Positions 24,881 to 32,000 of a stretch of DNA of 32,000 nucleotides are shown piece by piece (position 1 is the stretch's first letter; each line of letters opens with the position of its first letter). Below the pieces are notes generated by a model. It was given only the letters and a program-made list of their open reading frames with translations, ran no database searches and was not told the DNA's origin. Location of the stretch: contig CP065004.1 of the NCBI GenBank assembly GCA_016700135.1, positions 960,001 through 992,000 on the forward strand, given 5' to 3'. A program made the position numbers and the translations under genes. This DNA comes from Candidatus Saccharimonadota bacterium (GTDB taxonomy: Bacteria > Patescibacteriota > Microgenomatia > UBA1406 > GWC2-37-13).

Positions 24881-25017
24881 GCTCTCCTCTTTCTTGCAAA
24901 GTACTACAGCTTTTACGATTTGTGTACAGAAAGAACCCAAGCATATGGGCTGCTCTGATCCACAGGAGATATTATAGCCTATTTTCGGGGCTAAATCAAT
25001 ATTATAGGATAATTTTC

Positions 25018-27582
25018 TTAAATAAATGTTGCGCTTACAACCTTGTCATTCGGTTTTGAGAACCTCATCAGAATGACACCTTTTGCCGAACGGGAGTATG
25101 ACGGGATTGACTTTACATCAGTTTTTACTACCTGTCCGTGTTGACTGGTGATGATAATTGTATTATCTTCAGGTTCAATGATCTGGGCAAATGCGATTTG
25201 TCCCATTTTCTTGTCAGCAGGAGCAATTTTTACTCCTTTTCCGCCGCGGTGCTGGTCTTTGAAGTGCTTCATCTGTACCCGTTTGCCGATACCTTTTTCG
25301 CCCATAACGAGAATTGATTTCTTCAGATCCTCATTGGTAAACACATCAGCTGCGACTACCGTGTCGCCTTTCCCAAGATCAATACCCTTCACACCCCGTG
25401 AAGCACGTCCGGTTTCACGGACTTCCTTTTCTTTGAAAAGTATAGCTTTTCCGCCGCGACTGACAAGCATCACATTCATATTTCCGTCAGTCAGTTTGGA
25501 AGTCAAAAGCTCGTCATCGTCATTCAAGGTGATTGCAATAAGTCCGTTGCTTCGAATATTTGAGTATTTATCAAACTCAGTTTTTTTGACTAATCCAAGT
25601 TTAGTAAGCATCAGAATATTTGTTGAATCCTTTTTCTTTTGGAACTCTTCTTCATTGAATGAAAGGACAGATGTCACATTCTCATTCGGTCGGAGCGTAA
25701 GAAGGTTCACAATGGCTTTTCCTTTTGAAGTACGTGATCCCTGCGGAATTTCCCACACACGGTTTTTGAATACGCGACCTTGATTGGTGAAAAACAGCAT
25801 AAAATCATGAGTCATGGCTGTCGTGATATAGAAGATATCATCGCTCTCTTTCGTTGTCATGCCCGATACACCCTTTCCGCCGCGTTTCTGTACTTTGAAT
25901 GTTTCTCTCGGTACCTGTTTGATATATCCTTCTTTTGTGAGGACGACGATGACTTCTTTATTTGCAATAAGCATGTCTTCGGTGATTTCGCCGGGTTTAT
26001 TTTTCTGAACTTTCGTTCGACGTTTATCGCCAAACTTTTCTCTCAATTCCTTCAGTTCATCCTTGATGACACCGAGAATCTTGAATACATCTTTCAAAAG
26101 CTCTTCAAGATAATTGATGAGTTCACGGAGTTTTGCAAGTTCTTCTTCAATTTTGTCTCTTTCAAGACCTGTCAGTCTTTTAAGTTGCATGTCAAGAATA
26201 GCCTGAGACTGGATTTCAGAAAGACCGAATTTTTTCATCAAACTCTGTCGAGCGGTCGGCTCATCTTTTGATTTTCTGATAATCTCAATTACTTCATCAA
26301 TATTGTCGAGAGCGATGATATAACCTTCAAGAATGTGTGCCCGATGTTTTGCCTGAGCAAGTTCATACTCTGATCTTCTGCGAATGATATCAATACGATG
26401 TCGGATGTATAGTTCCAAAATCGTTTTGAGCGACAGAGTTTGCGGGACGCCTTCCACCAATACGACCATATTTACCGGAAAGGTTGTCTGAAGCTCCGTA
26501 TGTTTATACAGATTATTCAAAACCTTTTTGTAAACGGCATCTCTTTTGAGCTCGATGACAACCCGGATTCCGTCTCGATCAGATTCATCACGCAGATCTG
26601 AAATTCCGTTTATCTTTTTATCAATGACGAGCCGTGCAATTTTGGAAACAAGATTTGCTTTGTTTACCTGATACGGAAGTTCGGAAACGACGATTGCCAT
26701 TTTCCCTTTTCCGAGATCTTCCTCCTCAACGATTCCCCGTACCAGAATCTTTCCTCTCCCAGTCTGATATGCCTGTTTAATATCCTTTGAGCCGTATATG
26801 ATGCCTCCCGTCGGGAAATCAGGTCCCTGAATGTATTCCATAATCTGATCAAGATCAGCATCAAACATCAGTTTGTGATCGGTGGGTTTTGAAATTGCCG
26901 GTTCCGCTTTTACCGGATCGGATGTTTCTGTAGTTCCTTGAGTCACGGGAGCCGGAACTTCTGCAACCTCAGCAGTTTCAGGTGCAAATTTTGCATTATC
27001 AATAAGATGTACTACTGCATCGATTACCTCAGTAAGATTGTGGGTCGGGATTTTGGTCGCCATACCGACTGCAATTCCTTCCGCTCCCATCAGAAGAAGG
27101 TTCGGAAGCTTTGCCGGTACATAATGCGGTTCTTTTAGAGTTCCGTCAAAATTGTCGGTCCACGTAATCGTTTCTTTATCGATGTCAAACATCATCTCTT
27201 CCGCGATTTTGGTGAGTTTTACTTCCGTGTAACGCATGGCAGCCGGCGGATCACCGTCGATTGAACCGAAGTTCCCCTGGCCGTTTACGAGCGGATACCG
27301 CATCGAAAAATCCTGTGCAAGACGGACAAGTGCATCATATACGGAAGCATCACCGTGCGGATGATATTTTCCCAGAACCTCTCCGACTACTTTTGCTGAT
27401 TTAGAATATCGTCCTCCCGCAGATAATCCCATCTTGTACATAGCGTACAGAATGCGGCGATGGACAGGCTTCAGTCCGTCACGGACATCCGGCAAGGCAC
27501 GTGAGACGATAACTGACATAGCGTAATCAAGATACGCTTTTTTCATTTCTTCCGTAATCGGTGCGAGGTTGATGTTTGTCAT
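25018..27582 (-). CDS. gyrA: DNA gyrase subunit A
   Basis: [35 protein letters not shown], the AAMRYTE active-site Tyr region, GPDFPTGG, and a C-terminal beta-pinwheel repeat region. Confidence 0.97.
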   Translation of the reverse strand: MTNINLAPITEEMKKAYLDYAMSVIVSRALPDVRDGLKPVHRRILYAMYKMGLSAGGRYSKSAKVVGEVLGKYHPHGDASVYDALVRLAQDFSMRYPLVNGQGNFGSIDGDPPAAMRYTEVKLTKIAEEMMFDIDKETITWTDNFDGTLKEPHYVPAKLPNLLLMGAEGIAVGMATKIPTHNLTEVIDAVVHLIDNAKFAPETAEVAEVPAPVTQGTTETSDPVKAEPAISKPTDHKLMFDADLDQIMEYIQGPDFPTGGIIYGSKDIKQAYQTGRGKILVRGIVEEEDLGKGKMAIVVSELPYQVNKANLVSKIARLVIDKKINGISDLRDESDRDGIRVVIELKRDAVYKKVLNNLYKHTELQTTFPVNMVVLVEGVPQTLSLKTILELYIRHRIDIIRRRSEYELAQAKHRAHILEGYIIALDNIDEVIEIIRKSKDEPTARQSLMKKFGLSEIQSQAILDMQLKRLTGLERDKIEEELAKLRELINYLEELLKDVFKILGVIKDELKELREKFGDKRRTKVQKNKPGEITEDMLIANKEVIVVLTKEGYIKQVPRETFKVQKRGGKGVSGMTTKESDDIFYITTAMTHDFMLFFTNQGRVFKNRVWEIPQGSRTSKGKAIVNLLTLRPNENVTSVLSFNEEEFQKKKDSTNILMLTKLGLVKKTEFDKYSNIRSNGLIAITLNDDDELLTSKLTDGNMNVMLVSRGGKAILFKEKEVRETGRASRGVKGIDLGKGDTVVAADVFTNEDLKKSILVMGEKGIGKRVQMKHFKDQHRGGKGVKIAPADKKMGQIAFAQIIEPEDNTIIITSQHGQVVKTDVKSIPSYSRSAKGVILMRFSKPNDKVVSATFI

Positions 27583-27610
27583 AGATTCATGAATAAGTTA
27601 CAAGAACAAT

Positions 27611-27985
27611 TTATACTTTTACGACGTATGTATTGGCAATTTTGTCATGCCATCCCTGCTTTTTGCCGTCAAACAGAATCCAGATATATCCGAGAAGGAG
27701 CGGAATACCTGAGACGATATATCCGATATATCGGAGTCCTGCAGTCATCCAGTCCATCGGTTTTCCGTCAGTCCGGACTACTTTGATATGCATTGCTTTC
27801 TTGCCCAGAGTCTGGCCGTCCTGTTTGACCCAGAAAAAGATATAGTATGCAGCTCCAACAACCATACCCAAAGCACCTGATTCGGCTGTCTGACCGAGAA
27901 GGGCTCCGACAATACCGAGAATAATCGCATCAATAAGAAAAGAAACGAAACGGGCTCCCGAACCAGCAAGTTGTTGGTTTTCCAT
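27611..27985 (-). CDS. RDD-family membrane protein
   Basis: AGSGARFVSFLIDAIILGIVGALLG..., GQTLGKKAMHIKVVRTDG..., WHDKIANTYVV has the pattern and TM layout typical of RDD domains. Confidence 0.8.
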   Translation of the reverse strand: MENQQLAGSGARFVSFLIDAIILGIVGALLGQTAESGALGMVVGAAYYIFFWVKQDGQTLGKKAMHIKVVRTDGKPMDWMTAGLRYIGYIVSGIPLLLGYIWILFDGKKQGWHDKIANTYVVKV

Positions 27986-28004
27986 AAAAGTATGAAATTA
28001 ATAA

Positions 28005-28520
28005 TTATTTTTTAATACACTTCTCAATCTCTTTAAAGGCTTCTCCTTTACCGAGGAATGCTTTCGTTTTCACCCATTTTCCCGGTTCAAGTTCTTTATA
28101 ATGATCGAAAAAGTGTTTAATTTTCTTTTGAGTAGGCTCGTCAAGATCTGCCACGTCATCGATATGTGCATAAAACGGATCTACTTTGGTGGTCGGTACG
28201 GCAATAACTTTGGTATCGACACCGGCTTCGTCTTCCATCTCAAGCATACCGATAACCCGTACTGAGATGACAATTCCCACTGCAAGCGGTTGGGATGATA
28301 CGACCATGACATCGACCGGATCACCGTCATCAGCAAGAGTATTCGGGATAAAACCATAGTTGAAAGGATACGGCATTGCAGTGTAATGGAATCTGTCCGC
28401 AACAATAAAACCGGATTCTTTGTCAAGTTCGTACTTTACCAGTGATCCTTGGGGGATTTCCACGACGACATTTACTACTTCCGGCGGATTATCTCCGATT
28501 TTCAGTTTTTTAAGATCCAT
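28005..28520 (-). CDS. ppa: inorganic pyrophosphatase (family I)
   Basis: [43 protein letters not shown] and DDVADL...[14 protein letters not shown]. Confidence 0.95.
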   Translation of the reverse strand: MDLKKLKIGDNPPEVVNVVVEIPQGSLVKYELDKESGFIVADRFHYTAMPYPFNYGFIPNTLADDGDPVDVMVVSSQPLAVGIVISVRVIGMLEMEDEAGVDTKVIAVPTTKVDPFYAHIDDVADLDEPTQKKIKHFFDHYKELEPGKWVKTKAFLGKGEAFKEIEKCIKK

Positions 28521-28543
28521 ATGTATTTTAAAAATTATTAAAA

Positions 28544-30516
<1,973 letters not shown>

Positions 30517-30560
30517 TAATACCGCGTGGAATTGTAGCAGTCAAGGCTACAATTTCCCAT

Positions 30561-30592
30561 AAAAAAACCGTCCGTTTTTGTGAAACGGACGG
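30561..30592 (-). terminator. rho-independent terminator downstream of rplL
   Basis: The minus strand reads CCGTCCGTTT-CACAA-AAACGGACGG followed by TTTTTTT. This is a perfect 10-bp stem (30568-30577 / 30583-30592) with the U-tract at 30561-30567. Confidence 0.75.
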
Positions 30593-30724
30593 CTGGTCTT
30601 GTCATGCTGAATCTGTCACCAAGAAGGTGAGTTTCAACATTCTTTATTTGTCAGTTCCTGATACCTTATTGATCACTTCGTGACAAGTTCAGGATGACAA
30701 GAGGAATAGTTACTATCCCTCTTG

Positions 30725-31138
30725 TCATTTAAGTTCAACAGTTGCGCCTGCGGCTTCAAGTTTTGCTTTTGCTGCTTCGGCTTCTTCCTTTTTGACATCT
30801 GTCAAAAGTTCTGCTGGTGCTGATTCGACCATTTTCTTTGCATCCATAAGTCCGAGATCCTGTTTGATTTCGCGAACTGCTTTAATGACTGCAAGTTTCT
30901 GATCTCCTGCTGCTGTTATGACAACGTTGAATGTTGTTTTCTCTTCTGCAGGTGCTGCTTCAGCTGCTCCGGCTGCTGCAGGTGCTGCTGCCATCATAGG
31001 CATAGCTGAGACACCGAATTTTTCTTCAAGATATTTTGCAAGGTCTGCCATTTCGACGACTGTAAGTCCTTCGATACTGTCTGCAATCTTCTGAAGTTTG
31101 TCATTCAATGTTACTTCGTTTTTTGTTTCTTCTGCCAT
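30725..31138 (-). CDS. rplL: 50S ribosomal protein L7/L12 (bacterial type)
   Basis: [21 protein letters not shown], an Ala-rich hinge, and [11 protein letters not shown]...[13 protein letters not shown]...[18 protein letters not shown] strong SD, GAGAGGAGGTG, lies about 10 nt upstream of the ATG. Confidence 0.95.
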   Translation of the reverse strand: MAEETKNEVTLNDKLQKIADSIEGLTVVEMADLAKYLEEKFGVSAMPMMAAAPAAAGAAEAAPAEEKTTFNVVITAAGDQKLAVIKAVREIKQDLGLMDAKKMVESAPAELLTDVKKEEAEAAKAKLEAAGATVELK

Positions 31139-31189
31139 GTATTTCTTGCACCTCCTCTCAATGATATGAGTAAATAGTAAAAAATGCTG

Positions 31190-31726
31190 TTAGCCTTGTT
31201 TTGCTTTTGCGTTCAAAATATATACAAATTTCTGCATCGGATTCTTGATGGCACGGGTTGTGCGGACCATCGGGTTTTTCATAGCTCCGAGAAGCTTGGC
31301 AACAAGTTCATCCTTTCCGGGAAGCTGTGCCAGTTTCTTCAGACCCTCTGCATCATATGCATTGTTTTCAATAAGTCCGAACTTGAATGAAAATGATTCA
31401 TTCTCTTTTGAAGCGGTAAAATATGATTTAAGAGCGTCAGCCCAATCACCTTTAAACATAATGACGGCACTTGTAGCTTTCAGGGGAAAGTGCTTATCAC
31501 GGACTTCACGATATTCTTTACTTTCTTCGGAAAGCTTATTAACTGCTTTTTCGAATAAAGTGTTCTTCACTACCTGCAGTTTTGCGTCTTTCTTTTTCAG
31601 ATCCTTGCGAAGAGTTTCAAGATCTTTATGAGTAGTTTTTTCAAACTGGATAAGCGCAAAGTTATTTGCATTCTTGAGGACTTCGATCACAGAAGTAACG
31701 ATCCCTTTTTTCTGAGTGTTTACCAT
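31190..31726 (-). CDS. rplJ: 50S ribosomal protein L10
   Basis: MVNTQKKGIVTSVIEVLKNANNFALIQFEKTTHKDLETLRKDLKKKDAKLQVVKNTL aligns by eye with the L10 N-terminus (KQAIV...VVRNTL pattern). The tracked start at 31783 is a TTG lying inside the predicted leader. Confidence 0.9.
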   Translation of the reverse strand: MVNTQKKGIVTSVIEVLKNANNFALIQFEKTTHKDLETLRKDLKKKDAKLQVVKNTLFEKAVNKLSEESKEYREVRDKHFPLKATSAVIMFKGDWADALKSYFTASKENESFSFKFGLIENNAYDAEGLKKLAQLPGKDELVAKLLGAMKNPMVRTTRAIKNPMQKFVYILNAKAKQG

Positions 31727-31822
31727 ATGTGTATCACTTGTTCCCGATATGTATCGGGACCCTACCTGAGGATTTATGGTCAATTACTTGACGACCGCAG
31801 GTCCTGGTGACTTATAATTAGA
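31727..31822 (-). promoter_or_regulatory. structured rplJ 5' leader (candidate L10 autoregulatory leader)
   Basis: The ~95-nt untranslated leader contains TCCCGATA-CA-TATCGGGA (8-bp hairpin at 31742-31759) and a GGACCTG...CAGGTAGGGTCC pairing. There is no SD adjacent to the ATG. The functional assignment is by analogy only. Confidence 0.35.
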
Positions 31823-31828
31823 GTTCCT

Positions 31829-31857
31829 ATTCTAATAGACTTCTTGTCTATTTGCAA
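31829..31857 (-). promoter_or_regulatory. sigma70-type promoter for rplJ-rplL
   Basis: The minus strand reads TTGCAA (31852-31857), a 17-nt spacer, then TAGAAT (31829-31834). It starts immediately after the upstream ORF stop and lies about 100 nt upstream of the rplJ ATG. Confidence 0.55.
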
Positions 31858-31865
31858 GTCTATGC

Positions 31866-32000
31866 TTAAGCTTCGCTCAAAAGTTCTTTCAAACTTTTTG
31901 TTGAACGATCCTGAGTTCCTTGTTTTTTCGATTTCTTGGAAGCCATTTTTGCCTGATATTTCTTTGCTTCCTGTTGTTTCTTCAAGAATTTATCTACAGT
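31866..32000 (-). CDS. 3' end of an ORF running off the window; Lys-rich tail; possibly the end of rplA
   Basis: The minus-strand frame is open from the window edge: TVDKFLKKQQEAKKYQAKMASKKSKKQGTQDRSTKSLKELLSEA-TAA (stop at 31866-31868). The rplA suggestion rests only on the canonical rplK-rplA-rplJ-rplL order. Forty-five open codons could also occur by chance. Confidence 0.3.
   Translation of the reverse strand, partial: TVDKFLKKQQEAKKYQAKMASKKSKKQGTQDRSTKSLKELLSEA

Noticed and set aside
24519-24977. 152-aa plus-strand ORF opposite the small acidic gene
   Set aside because: The translation is Ser-rich and unlike a folded protein. There is no SD or promoter, and every neighbouring gene is on the minus strand. 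The minus-strand ORF has a GGAG SD and a protein-like sequence. Both frames being open probably reflects the locally higher G+C.
25148-26271. Long plus-strand ORFs (211 aa and 163 aa) opposite gyrA, and similar antisense ORFs opposite lepA (17485..17958), ahcY (12798..13346), the radical SAM gene (9310..9843) and gyrB (28769..29143)
   Set aside because: These are shadow frames of strongly conserved genes. Their translations are low-complexity or Ser/Phe-rich and have no start signals.
26863-26991. Intein or mobile insertion in gyrA
   Set aside because: The extra segment is only about 43 aa and low-complexity. It lacks the Cys/Ser-...-His-Asn splice-junction blocks and any endonuclease motifs.

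Overview
This is a bacterial chromosomal window. Hand counts of sampled stretches give about 41-46% G+C. The standard code applies, since TGA is used as a stop in several ATGA start/stop overlaps. Three blocks are visible. (1) 1-11465 is a dense glycan-biosynthesis island. It holds the 3' end of a sugar C-methyltransferase, a second methyltransferase-like gene, six GT2-type and one GT4-type glycosyltransferases (five of them chained by start/stop overlaps), a multi-TM GT-C-like protein fused to TPR repeats, and a B12-binding radical SAM enzyme. (2) 11506-18895 is housekeeping: a PfkB kinase, ahcY, pyk, a 613-aa orphan and lepA. (3) 19137-31783 lies on the minus strand and runs rplJ-rplL, gyrB-ppa-RDD-gyrA, a small acidic orphan, folD-miaA, a small Lys/Glu-rich tail-anchored protein, and two adjacent secreted proteins. 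The most interesting signal is that last protein pair. They are divergent in the middle, but they share a conserved N-terminal leader, a homologous Cys-containing domain, long Pro/Thr/Ser linkers, and a conserved C-terminal PG(F/M)NP motif followed by a hydrophobic tail that ends the protein. This resembles a sortase-type (PGF-CTERM-like) sorting signal in a bacterial context. With the nearby GT-C/TPR enzyme and glycan island, it suggests a surface-glycoprotein O-glycosylation and anchoring system. No processing enzyme is visible in the window. Other observations are -10 boxes only 5-10 nt from the ATG of operon-leading genes (leaderless-type starts), a CX4CX2C cluster motif in the radical SAM enzyme, a perfect GC hairpin beside the acidic orphan, and a low-complexity insertion in GyrA. 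I found no rRNA, tRNA, CRISPR array or obvious mobile element. All family assignments rest on motif recognition by eye and need HMM or BLAST confirmation.
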